Shown one piece after another: positions 40,926 through 50,255 of a stretch of DNA of 64,000 nt. Source of the DNA: Thermodesulfovibrionales bacterium (GTDB lineage: Bacteria > Nitrospirota > Thermodesulfovibrionia > Thermodesulfovibrionales > SM23-35); NCBI GenBank assembly GCA_963715195.1, contig CAVQRT010000003.1:250792-314791 (forward strand), written 5' to 3'. The position numbers were made by a program, and so were the translations under genes. How positions within the stretch are numbered: position 1 is the first letter of the stretch; every line of letters begins with the position of its first letter. Below the pieces are notes generated by a model that saw nothing but the letters and a program-made list of their open reading frames with translations, made no database searches and was not told the origin of the DNA.

Positions 40926-41551
40926 AGATTACCCTTTGCGAAAAAATCGAGGAGTTCCTCGGAAAAATCCTCCATGTCGATGATCATCCTTCTGGCCATG
41001 CTGAGGTAGTAGTTATAGGCGATGACAGCGGGAATCGCTGCTGCGAGGCCGGCTGCAGTTGCTATGAGCGACTCAGCGATGCCCGGTGCCACGACAGTAA
41101 GCGACGCAGCGCCGGCAGCACCGATACTTCTGAAGGAATTCATGATGCCCCAGACTGTTCCAAAAAGTCCGATAAACGGAGTCGTCGAACCGGTCGTTGC
41201 GAGAAAATTCAGATATTTCTCGAGCTTTGCTGATTCGAGCGCCCCGTACCTCTTAAGCACTCTTTTGGTCTCGCTCTTGTCCTTGTGCATTTCATCGGCA
41301 AACACCGATCTGAAGAGATTTGCATTCGGACTGATCATGAGGGCTCTTGTGGATTGATAAATCTCATTCGGCTGCCTGCTCGACAGGTATGCCTGCAGAA
41401 ATTGTGCTGTCTCCCTGTTCGCTTTTGCAAAGAAGCGCTGCTTATAGAATATGATAGCCCATGATACAATCGAAAAAAACAGAAGGATGAGTAAAACACC
41501 TTTCACAACAAAGCCAGCCTGCAGGACTAACTGAATCGCCGAATCTTGCAT
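40922..41551 (-). CDS. tolQ: TolQ
   Basis: LATTGSTTPFIGLFGTVWGIM, VAPGIAESL, AAIPAV. Confidence 0.95.
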   Translation of the reverse strand: MQDSAIQLVLQAGFVVKGVLLILLFFSIVSWAIIFYKQRFFAKANRETAQFLQAYLSSRQPNEIYQSTRALMISPNANLFRSVFADEMHKDKSETKRVLKRYGALESAKLEKYLNFLATTGSTTPFIGLFGTVWGIMNSFRSIGAAGAASLTVVAPGIAESLIATAAGLAAAIPAVIAYNYYLSMARRMIIDMEDFSEELLDFFAKGNL

Positions 41552-41704
41552 AATCACCTCAATAGTTTTAGGATATGCAACAAATCTAATTAGTTAAATG
41601 AATTCTTTCTAAAAAGTCAAATGAAGTTTTTGTTATAATATCTTTCGGTTTTTTGTTTTGGTATTCTTTTTCCTGTCTGCTGTCTGCTATCTAATGTTCC
41701 AGAT

Positions 41705-41794
41705 GGAGGGGTGGCCGAGCGGTTGAAGGCGACGGTCTTGAAAATCGTTGTAGGGGTGACTCTACCGTGAGTTCGAATCTCACCCCCTCCGCCA
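41705..41794 (+). tRNA. tRNA-Ser (TGA)
   Basis: GGAGGGGTGGCCGAGCGG...ACGGT-CTTGAAA-ATCGT, long variable arm, GTTCGAATC...CCTCCGCCA. Confidence 0.96.
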
Positions 41795-42109
41795 ACTAAG
41801 TTGTTGGTTTTTAAGGAAACTACTATGCCAAAACTCGTTCCGGACCCGTTCCGGAATGGTTCTTTTTCGGTTCCAGTTACTGACATTCCTTTTACCATTT
41901 ATTTATTCCCCCTATTCTATCACACTTCTTTAAGAAATCAATCGTAACTGAGCTCACAATAAGAAAAAATGTTTCATGAAGAAAATTTAATTGAGAAAAT
42001 TTATAACTCTCAGGATGGGGAAGTCATGGTTTATACTGTCTTCTACATTTTTCTGTGTTACAATTTCAGTGAAATGTCAGTTAAAACGCTCTCATAAAGG
42101 TAAGAGAAA

Positions 42110-42277
42110 ATGACATTCCTTGTAATCACCATTATAATCGTGTTGATTGTGATTGTTATTATGGGCATGATAACTCTGCATAATCATGTCGACAAGACTA
42201 CCAAAGAAATGATGGTTCGATTCTCTATGGTTAACAACAAGGAGACATCCGGCAGAAATCAAGATAATCTGGACTAA
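42110..42277 (+). CDS. 55-aa single-TM small protein
   Basis: Manual translation MTFLVITIIIVLIVIVIMGMITLHNHVDK... Confidence 0.5.
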   Translation: MTFLVITIIIVLIVIVIMGMITLHNHVDKTTKEMMVRFSMVNNKETSGRNQDNLD

Positions 42278-42336
42278 CCCGATTCACTTCTTTTTCGTTG
42301 ACGGCAGGGGAGAAACCGAGAGCGTGAGATTTAGTA

Positions 42337-42459
42337 TGGAGGTGCGCAGCCAGCAGGAGGGCTACTGGCTGCCAAAATGAAGAAAGTTATTTTCTGTTTA
42401 TAGAATACTGAGAAAATATGAAGGAATGACGAAGAAAACATGGAGAACTTATGAAGATA
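42337..42459 (-). repeat. ~125-bp element with CCUCC hairpin (candidate sRNA), copy B
   Basis: Reverse complement of 28453-28577. Confidence 0.8.
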
Positions 42460-42503
42460 GCATCCCAATTTGATTTTTTGAAACTACTCTGCCACTATTA
42501 GTC

Positions 42504-42728
42504 ATGGACCAAGACGAAATTCTCAATCAGATGCAGCAGCAAGTCCGCTTTCTCAATGATGCGCTTGAAAAGTACAAATACCAATTTGACCAGGATACAC
42601 TGGCCCGGCTATCGGAGGAGTTGTCATCGCTTACTCAGAATATCATGGAGATAGACAAAGAACTGCGGTTGTTGCAACAGTTGCAACCTTTGACGGATAA
42701 TGCTCAAATCAAGAAAGACCAGTCTTGA
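42504..42728 (+). CDS. Small coiled-coil hypothetical protein
   Basis: Heptad-rich 74-aa ORF overlapping the next gene's start. Confidence 0.5.
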   Translation: MDQDEILNQMQQQVRFLNDALEKYKYQFDQDTLARLSEELSSLTQNIMEIDKELRLLQQLQPLTDNAQIKKDQS

Positions 42729-43228
42729 ACGACATCACCGGTGTACTGATTGAGATTCTTACCGACCTCATAAAAAGAATTGTTAAACTAATTGTGTTGT
42801 CTGTCCTGCTGGTTTTTGTTTTAAGTATTTCAATTCATGCTGCGACATGGGATTTTCTTGGTAAGACAGTCGATGGAAGTATTTATTATTATGATAAAAG
42901 TTCAGTTAAATACCTCACAGGGAATATTGTACGATTCTGGGGAAAAGAGATTCCAAGCGAAAGCGCGAGAAAAGAGAATATGATAGAACTTGGCTTCAAA
43001 TATCTCGGTTATCTCGATGGCAAATTTATGAAATACAGTAGTCATAAAGTATTAGCGGAGATAAATTGTTCCAAAGAACAAATAAGAACTTTAAGTTATG
43101 TAATTTTTGACTTGGAAGGGAATATTATAGGGTCATTGAATGAATCTTCAGATTGGGTCCGCATAGTTCCGGAAAGTATAGTAGAGTTAGCTTCTGATAA
43201 ATTATGTCGTCAAAAGGGCAGGAAATAG
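42725..43228 (+). CDS. Surface-adhesin E-like exported protein
   Basis: Signal/TM, then W..G...YYYDKSSV...RFW.K...EINC...W..IVPES...LC pattern. Confidence 0.7.
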   Translation: MNDITGVLIEILTDLIKRIVKLIVLSVLLVFVLSISIHAATWDFLGKTVDGSIYYYDKSSVKYLTGNIVRFWGKEIPSESARKENMIELGFKYLGYLDGKFMKYSSHKVLAEINCSKEQIRTLSYVIFDLEGNIIGSLNESSDWVRIVPESIVELASDKLCRQKGRK

Positions 43229-43259
43229 AGGACAGGCAGAGGGCTAAGGGGGATTCGCT

Positions 43260-43415
43260 TTGACAAAGTATTCTATAGCAGGAGCTATAATCGCATTTGC
43301 AGTTACTCATTATATTCTCAAATTGAGTCTTATACCGACAATCCTGGCGACGGCTGTTGGAGGGATTCTTGCCCAAGTTATAGCTACTTTGTTGGTGAAA
43401 ACGAAGAAAAAGTAG
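43260..43415 (+). CDS. 51-aa two-TM protein with basic tail
   Basis: Manual translation MTKYSIAGAIIAFAVTHYILKLSLIPTILATAVGGILAQVIATLLVKTKKK; AAGGGGGA RBS. Confidence 0.55.
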   Translation: MTKYSIAGAIIAFAVTHYILKLSLIPTILATAVGGILAQVIATLLVKTKKK

Positions 43416-43557
43416 CAGAGGGCATCAACAAAGAGATTAAAAAGGAACTGATCAATAAAGTTTAGATATGAATATATTTCGGCTATAATTTTCTAAATCA
43501 TTAACATCGGTAAATTTAGATCTATACCATCCCATATTTCTTTGTTATGATGCCACG

Positions 43558-43710
43558 ATGAAAATACTACCAGCTATTATATTGATATTTTTATTTGCAA
43601 GTTGCGCATCATACCATGATGGCAATAAGAAGGGCATATTCTTGAAAAATGATGCACCTGTGCCAGTTAATGGGAATACCTCGGCGTCGACAAAACTTCA
43701 AACGGTTTGA
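43558..43710 (+). CDS. 50-aa putative lipoprotein
   Basis: MKILPAIILIFLFASC lipobox-like N-terminus. Confidence 0.45.
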   Translation: MKILPAIILIFLFASCASYHDGNKKGIFLKNDAPVPVNGNTSASTKLQTV

Positions 43711-43720
43711 AGGCTTTTAA

Positions 43721-43945
43721 ATGAATGATAATACTATCCTTCAAGGTCTGCCGGATAGACCACTTCTGAGAATTGGTGAGGTTGCACATTTCTTCTCTGT
43801 CTCTCCAAAGGAAGTTTATGGATGGTTCAATTCAGGATTACTTGAGGGGAAAAAGCACAAGGGAGTTATAAAGATAAGCCGGACTTCTGTGATTGATTTC
43901 ATCAAGAAAAATGAGGGAAGAACTGGCGGAAGGAAAATCATATGA
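43721..43945 (+). CDS. Excisionase-like helix-turn-helix protein
   Basis: LLRIGEVAHFFSVSPKEVYGW...G.L...IKISRTSV. Confidence 0.75.
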   Translation: MNDNTILQGLPDRPLLRIGEVAHFFSVSPKEVYGWFNSGLLEGKKHKGVIKISRTSVIDFIKKNEGRTGGRKII

Positions 43946-44195
43946 TAAATTTGCGCCTAACACAGTCTCCCCCTTATACCCGGTTAAAAGCCGGGTTATT
44001 TGTTTCATGCAGAGGCAAAGTTGGATCAGATCGATATCTATCAAAACCTGAAATACCGTAAGAAATGATGACCTTGATAAAGAATGCTCAAGAACGCAGT
44101 TAATCTAACCGGAACTTATGTAATACGCCCTTTTCCGACTCAAACGGCTCTTGCAATATATCCTTAAAGGAGTAACATATAAATAAGAAATGGAA

Positions 44196-44358
44196 TTGCG
44201 ATATTCAGGACGGGATTAACCTGAGGATCAACAGTAGTAAGGGGAGCAGGAGTTGGATGTAGGCGAGTAAGCCTCCCGAAGCGAGGAGGAAACCCAAAGC
44301 ATCCACCGAGCACCCACATGAAAGAAAGAGCTCAAGGTATCCCGAACTGAGATCGCAA
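44196..44358 (+). ncRNA. 6S RNA-like (SsrS-like) rod-shaped RNA
   Basis: Closing stem ttgcgat/atcgcaa, tcag/ctga, cgggat/atcccg, acctgag/ctcaaggt; A-rich central bubble; gggagc/gcaccc and tggatg/catcca inner stems. Confidence 0.7.
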
Positions 44359-44484
44359 GTTATTCTGGAGCCATTTAAGGGTATTTGGTAACCCTGCCAA
44401 CGCAAAAGGCGGAAATTAAGACTGCCGGCGTAGAGAGGTTGTCCAATCAGGCAGAGCCCATAAAATGGCTCTTTTATTTTATGG

Positions 44485-44870
44485 GGCAGTTAGTCTCAGA
44501 CTTTGATCTGCAACAAAGACAATCCCAGCCTCTGTCTTTTATTCGAAGTTCGGGAACCCTTCGTATTTATTAATCCGCTAACTTACAGAGGCTTCAGACC
44601 GAAAGTATTAGGTAATGTTTGGAGAATGTGCAGCTGTAGCAATGTCACGCTGTACGAAGGTACAAGGCATTCATTCTGTTCTCAGATAGTCGCGATATGG
44701 ATAATGTGAATGAGTTACAGGCTCAGGTGCTGATGAGGCATTCAGACATGAGAAGCACAGAGCAATATTACCATGCTAATCCTAAAAAACTCATGGATAT
44801 TGTTGACCAGCTTGATAAGGTGGTTCCGTTCACTCGTTCCGGAACCGTTCCTAAGGGGTCAGCAAAGTGA
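44485..44870 (+). pseudogene. Tyrosine integrase C-terminal remnant
   Basis: LYEGTRHSFCSQ, then after a frameshift LMRHSDMRSTEQYYH; N-terminus absent; ends next to the att repeat. Confidence 0.85.
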
Positions 44871-44973
44871 ATACTGGTAAGGGCAGGAGTGAGTTCGAAT
44901 CTCACCCCCTCCGCCGTATAAGTTGGATGTTGTGCCCTCTGTTCTCACAGTCGCATGAAATGCTTCAGCAACG

Positions 44974-45315
44974 TTACATGCCGAGCGCTTCAACGATCCG
45001 CTTCCTCTGTTTTTCTATGACCTTCTGCCCATGCTCCAGATTTCTGATAATCTCTTTCTTAGCCCCGTCAGAGAGGTCTTTGCCCCGCTCGATGATATCG
45101 CTCACCTTATCTTTCACGTCTCCAGCGAAATCATTAATGCTGTCAACAGTATCTTCGACCAAATAAACGGTCTCTTTTTTGATCCGCCGCGCGGTCTTCT
45201 TTATATCCTTGCGCGTTTCCCTTCCCGACTGCGGTGCGTAAAGCAGTGCAACGGCTGCACCGATGAGGCTGCCCACAAGAAAAGCCCCTGCGATCTTCCG
45301 GTAATCGTTCTCCAT
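44974..45315 (-). CDS. YtxH-domain protein
   Basis: FLVGSLIGAAVALLYAPQSGRETR. Confidence 0.9.
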   Translation of the reverse strand: MENDYRKIAGAFLVGSLIGAAVALLYAPQSGRETRKDIKKTARRIKKETVYLVEDTVDSINDFAGDVKDKVSDIIERGKDLSDGAKKEIIRNLEHGQKVIEKQRKRIVEALGM

Positions 45316-45445
45316 ATTAGTCTCCTTTCTGCTCTTTGTATGTATGCCGTCTATAGTAAACTTTAACAGGTATAAGAGCTGGAGTCAACTTTAATATCCT
45401 GTCGTAAGAGGTTGAATTTTTACCAGATTTCGATCATAGTTAATC

Positions 45446-47326
45446 ATGGCTGAAGACAGGAAAACGATGACAGACCTCATGAAAAGCCCCCAATGGCGGA
45501 TTATTTCGGCCGTTTTTATCTTTCTCCTGTTCATTTTCCTGTGGAACATGTTCTTCTCGATCGGACCGCCCGAGTACCACACCATCAGTTACAGCCAGTT
45601 TCTCGAACAATTACACGCAGGGAATATTCAATCCGTCACGATCAAAGAACTTCAGGTAACCGGTTCGCTTGCGCAGGAAACGTTTATTCAGAAGCCCGAT
45701 GGAAAAGCCACGGTACCGGTAAAAAATTTTCACACGTTTCTTCCGTCTTTCCAGGGTGAGGACCTTATCAAACAGCTCCGGGAAAAAAACGTGGTCATTT
45801 CGGTTGAACCGTCCGAAAAAAGCTCCCTCCTGTGGCAGCTCATGATCGGCATTCTGCCGTGGGTTCTTATCATCGGCGTCTGGGTATTCCTCATGAGGCG
45901 GGCCCAGCAGATACAGGGAGGGCCCGGCGGGCTTTTCACCTTCGGTGCGAGCAAGGCGAAACTGTTCGATGCAAAGAAGGTCAACGTCCAGTTTAAAGAC
46001 GTTGCAGGGATGGACAAAGTAAAACAGGAACTGCGGGAGACCATCGATTTCCTCAAGGATCCGTCAAAATTCAGAAAACTCGGCGCAAAAGTTCCGAAGG
46101 GCGTGCTGTTGGTCGGCCCGCCCGGGACAGGGAAAACGCTGCTCGCGAGGGCTGTGGCCGGAGAAGCACAGGTGCCTTTCTTCAGCATCAGCGGTTCCGA
46201 GTTCATCGAGATGTTTGTTGGTGTCGGGGCATCACGCGTCAGGGATATGTTCAAAAAAGCAAAGGAATCCCAGCCGAGCATCATTTTCATCGACGAGATC
46301 GACGCAGTCGGCCGCACCCGCGGCGCCGGACTCGGAGGCGGTCATGACGAGCGGGAACAGACACTGAACCAGCTCCTGAGCGAAATGGACGGATTTGAGT
46401 CCCACGAAGAGGTGATCGTTCTGGCTGCAACGAACAGGCCCGACGTGCTTGATCCCGCGCTGCTCAGGCCCGGCCGTTTTGACAGACATATCGTGATCGA
46501 CAGGCCCGGGCTGAAAGAACGGAAAGCCATTCTCGAAGTCCATACGAAAGACAAGGTTTTGCATGACGATATCGATTTTGAAAAGATTGCACGGGGGACA
46601 CCCGGCATGACAGGGGCAGATCTTGAAAATATCACAAATGAGGCCGCCCTGATTGCCATCAGGAAAAACAAAGATAAGATTGACATGAGTGATTTTGAAG
46701 AATCAAGGGACATCATCCTGATGGGTCACGTGCGGGAGGAGACCATCAGCGAAGCGGAAAAGAAGATAACAGCATACCATGAAGCAGGGCACGCGCTCGT
46801 GGCATGGCATCTTCCGGGGACAGATCCAATTCATAAAGTGAGCATTATTCCGAGGGGGCTCGCCATGGGCGTAACGCAGCTGCTGCCGGAAGAGGACAGG
46901 CACTACTACCCTAAGACCTATCTGATGAACAGGCTGAGCGTTGCCCTTGCAGGAAGGGTTTCAGAAAAAATCGTCTTCAATGACGTGAGCAGCGGTGCCC
47001 AGAGCGATCTGAAAGAAGCAACAGATCTTGCGGAAAAGATGGTTTCCCAGTGGGGTATGAGTGATAAAGTCGGGCCGGTGAATCTCGGGAGGGGTGAAGA
47101 GCATCCGTTCCTGGGAAGGGAACTTGCCCAGCCGAAGCGTTACAGTGAGGAAATGGCCTGGCTCATGGATCAGGAGATCCGGGAATTGATATCCGAAGCA
47201 GAAAAACAGGCTGAAAAGGTCCTGACAGAGAACCGGCAATCCCTTGTCTCCCTCGCAGATGCGCTGATCAAAGAAGAGGTTCTGGAAAGAAAAGACATAG
47301 AACGGATCATCAAACAGTCGTCGTAA
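45446..47326 (+). CDS. ftsH: ATP-dependent zinc metalloprotease FtsH
   Basis: Two TMs, [29 protein letters not shown]. Confidence 0.97.
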   Translation: MAEDRKTMTDLMKSPQWRIISAVFIFLLFIFLWNMFFSIGPPEYHTISYSQFLEQLHAGNIQSVTIKELQVTGSLAQETFIQKPDGKATVPVKNFHTFLPSFQGEDLIKQLREKNVVISVEPSEKSSLLWQLMIGILPWVLIIGVWVFLMRRAQQIQGGPGGLFTFGASKAKLFDAKKVNVQFKDVAGMDKVKQELRETIDFLKDPSKFRKLGAKVPKGVLLVGPPGTGKTLLARAVAGEAQVPFFSISGSEFIEMFVGVGASRVRDMFKKAKESQPSIIFIDEIDAVGRTRGAGLGGGHDEREQTLNQLLSEMDGFESHEEVIVLAATNRPDVLDPALLRPGRFDRHIVIDRPGLKERKAILEVHTKDKVLHDDIDFEKIARGTPGMTGADLENITNEAALIAIRKNKDKIDMSDFEESRDIILMGHVREETISEAEKKITAYHEAGHALVAWHLPGTDPIHKVSIIPRGLAMGVTQLLPEEDRHYYPKTYLMNRLSVALAGRVSEKIVFNDVSSGAQSDLKEATDLAEKMVSQWGMSDKVGPVNLGRGEEHPFLGRELAQPKRYSEEMAWLMDQEIRELISEAEKQAEKVLTENRQSLVSLADALIKEEVLERKDIERIIKQSS

Positions 47327-47331
47327 GAATA

Positions 47332-48102
47332 TTATCCTACCCTATCAACCATATCCGAAAGCCGAGCAAATTCGCCAATGCTTACGGTCTCCGGCCTTCT
47401 CTGAGGATCAATACCCGCCTCCGTCAGCCATGCTTTTACGTCACTTCGAATGCTTTTGAGTGTATTCGAGAGCATCTTCCTCCGCTGTGAAAAAGCAGTC
47501 CTTATGATCCTGAAAAACATTTTTTCATCCTGCACATCCACAGACGGTTTCTCAAGGATCTGGATTCGGATCACTGCGGAGTCGACCTTTGGTACGGGAC
47601 GGAATGCCTCTTTGGGAACAATGAATTGCAGAGCCGGATCCGCATGGTATTGAACCATGAGGGAAAGCACCCCGTAGTCCTTTCCGCCCGGAGTCGCGAC
47701 AATTCTCTCTGCAACCTCTTTCTGAATGGTCAGGGTCATTGACTTCAGACTCTTTTTCGCGGCGATGAGCCTAAAGATTATCGGCGTTGTAATGTAGTAA
47801 GGGATGTTCGCTACAACGATGAACTCAGGGAGGGTTTCGAACGGGTATTTAAGGGCGTCTCCATGAATCAGTTCAATGTTTTCGTATCCCGCAAGCTCCG
47901 CAGTCAGCCGCGCATATAGCCTGTTATCGAGTTCGATAGCGATCACCTTGCGGGCTCTCTCGCAGAGCTTTCGTGTGAGTTTGCCGGGACCGGGTCCGAT
48001 TTCGACGACGAGGTCCTCGGGCATCAGTTGCGCAGAGTTGATGATCCTTTCGTTGATGAAAGGATCAATGAGGAAATGCTGACCAAGATGTTTTTTTGTC
48101 AT
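47332..48102 (-). CDS. rsmA: 16S rRNA m6,6A dimethyltransferase
   Basis: LGQHFL, EIGPGPG, ANIPYYIT, PVPKVDS, FSQRRK. Confidence 0.95.
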   Translation of the reverse strand: MTKKHLGQHFLIDPFINERIINSAQLMPEDLVVEIGPGPGKLTRKLCERARKVIAIELDNRLYARLTAELAGYENIELIHGDALKYPFETLPEFIVVANIPYYITTPIIFRLIAAKKSLKSMTLTIQKEVAERIVATPGGKDYGVLSLMVQYHADPALQFIVPKEAFRPVPKVDSAVIRIQILEKPSVDVQDEKMFFRIIRTAFSQRRKMLSNTLKSIRSDVKAWLTEAGIDPQRRPETVSIGEFARLSDMVDRVG

Positions 48103-48335
48103 TTTTTCTAATGTGGTCTATTCATATATGACGGCAGATGCAGTATTTTTTCTCATTCTCGATTCCGATCCCAAAAACATCCGGGATCGGAACCTCCGAG
48201 GCTTTTGCCTCTTTATTTTTGTGATACTTTCTTTGACTATCGGCAAAAAAATCCGCTCAAATACTATATCTGCCGTCCAGTTTATGTTATTGATTTCCAA
48301 GGATCTTCAAATCCGTCATTCCCGCTTAGCGGGAA

Positions 48336-49567
48336 TCATTCCTCCTGAACATTCGGTCCTCCTCCCCTGACAAAAGAAAGGACAATCAGTCCTATCAGAA
48401 AAAAAGCAGCCACTGAAAGAATGGCAGGCCTCTGGCTGCCGAATGTCGTTGAAACATATCCGAAAATAACCGGGCCTATGACAGCCGAAGATTTGCCGGC
48501 CAGTGAATATACCCCGAAATATTCAGCCTCTTTTCCCTGCCGGAATAAATTGTACAAAAAAAGCCCTCGAAGCTGCCTGCACCGTTCCGAGTCCGAGTCC
48601 GGCACATGTTGCAACAACCCAGAATTGGTTCTTTGTCTGCACAAAAAAGGCAGTTATCGCAACAATGGCCCATAAGATAAGAGACAGCATGACGACTTTC
48701 CTCGGTCCCCAAAAGTCAATCGGTTTTGCCATGACGAGAGAGCCGAAGAGCGCCGTTGCCTGGACGGTGAGATAGAGGAAGATCAGTTCCCGGGTTTCAA
48801 ATCCAAGCGTTGTTGCGGCAAAAATGCTCGAAAACACGATCACCGTGCTCACCCCGTCTTCATAAACAAGATAAGCAAACAGGAACTTCCCGGGTTCTTT
48901 TCTCCGGACTATTTCCCGAAGTGCTGTCAAGGCTTGCCTGAGACCTGCTGTTGCAGAATGAATGAGGGTAGATGCTCCTTTCTCATCTTTTGGCAGAAAG
49001 AGAAATGCAGGGATCGAGCAGACGCCAAAAAATACCTGCAATCATCAGCCATGTGGCACTGAAATATCCATTCTGAATCAGGGGGAGGGCCAACAGGAGT
49101 GATACGATTGACCCTGCATACCCTACCATAAATCCCCACGCAGAAACCCGTCCCTGATATTCACGCGGTGCAATGCGGGGAAGAAAAGAATTGTAAAAGA
49201 CGAGCCCCCCTTCCATGCCAAGATTTGCTGCCGCGATCAAAAAGAATCCTTCGATGATCATCCCCTTTCCCAGAACGGAAAGGCTTGCAACTGCAAGGAC
49301 GCTCAGAACGGTATAGAAAAACAGAAAGCGTTTTCTGAGACCGCCGGTATCTGCTATACCCCCGAGAAACGGGGAACTCAGCGCAACGAGAGCCATGCTG
49401 ACCGATATCGCCCTTCCCCACCAAAGGTCCCCAAGGCCTGCCTCGTTTCCGACAATAACATTTGTATAATACACGGGGAAGACAACTGCAGCGATCACCG
49501 CGGAGTAGCTCGAGTTCGCAAAATCAAAGAGCGTCCAACTCATGATATGCTTTTTGTTCAGGCTCAT
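48336..49567 (-). CDS. MFS transporter (UMF1/ATG22-like), split by two single-base frameshifts
   Basis: SWTLFDFANS, YNSFLP, QAASRAF, EYFG.Y..GK.SAVIGP spread over three frames; shifts near 49035 and 48533 lie in short homopolymers. Confidence 0.85.
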
Positions 49568-49795
49568 TTGAATGCCGTTATCATATCATCAAGGTCTACC
49601 GCATTCAACAGAATGGGAATAACAATCAAAAATAGCGTGTGGTAGTCTGCGATTAGTGTATAGATGTTAGCGTTTAGTAAGGCTTTTGCCTCAGGCGAAG
49701 GGCTCATTCAGCGAAACAAATTGAGCTTGACAAATTACTATTTTTATAGTACTTATAAAAGTAACAATAATAGTACTAAAAAAGGAGGGTTGACA

Positions 49796-49933
49796 TTGCT
49801 ACTATTTCTGGTGGGAATGGTGGCAGGAGGGCTCATCAGTATGGTGATCATGACTATTCTCTTCGTTGGTTCACGTGAAGATGAAATATCCGAACTCACG
49901 TTGCGTAACCTTACTGCATGCAAAAAGCAATAA
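49796..49933 (+). CDS. Small single-TM protein
   Basis: AGGAGG RBS; MLLFLVGMVAGGLISMVIMTILFVGSREDE. Confidence 0.6.
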   Translation: MLLFLVGMVAGGLISMVIMTILFVGSREDEISELTLRNLTACKKQ

Positions 49934-50042
49934 GCAGGGTAATTTTTTAAACAGAGCTTTGTTCATGAAGAATCTGTTCCTTGACTGCGTGGAATTCCAT
50001 TTTCTCTTTTCCTTTGTGGAATAAACTGTATCAGCAATTAAC

Positions 50043-50231
50043 ATGAAATTCTTGACTGTAACAGAATTAAGGCTCAAGGCAACTGAAATCATCAGAGAAA
50101 TTGAGCAGACGGGCGAAGAAATAGTTATCACCAAAAAAGGAAAGCCCGTCGTCCTGATGCAGTTCATAACGGATGAGATATTCAGCATTAAGAAACCGAA
50201 GGAGGAAAAACAGCAGCTTTCTTTTTTTTAG
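50043..50231 (+). CDS. Phd/YefM-family antitoxin (no adjacent toxin)
   Basis: MKFLTVTELR...EIIREIEQTGEEIVITKKGKPVVLM. Confidence 0.8.
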   Translation: MKFLTVTELRLKATEIIREIEQTGEEIVITKKGKPVVLMQFITDEIFSIKKPKEEKQQLSFF

Positions 50232-50255
50232 CATCATATATATAATGACAACTTT

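Larger units (their letters stand above)
41767..44915. mobile_element. Decayed integrative element/prophage remnant inserted at tRNA-Ser
   Basis: 27-bp direct repeat gtgagttcgaatctcaccccctccgcc at 41767-41793 and 44889-44915; arm-like sites ctcgttccggaMccgttcc at 41834 and 44833; integrase fragment; Xis-like HTH; AT-rich. Confidence 0.9.

Noticed and set aside
41705..41794. tRNA-Sec (selC), given the selenoproteins nearby
   Set aside because: The anticodon is TGA (Ser), not TCA, and the acceptor stem is a normal 7 bp.
41617..41898. 93-aa minus-strand ORF, and the many other antisense or alternate-frame ORFs
   Set aside because: Shadow of the tRNA-Ser gene or of well-supported genes.
44385..44450. 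c-di-GMP-I riboswitch (acgcaaa motif)
   Set aside because: Lacks the GNRA-capped P2 stem and the expected order of conserved elements.
48336..49567. Programmed frameshifting or pseudogenisation of the MFS transporter
   Set aside because: Both shifts are single extra bases in short homopolymers in a region of doubtful sequence quality; the protein is otherwise intact.
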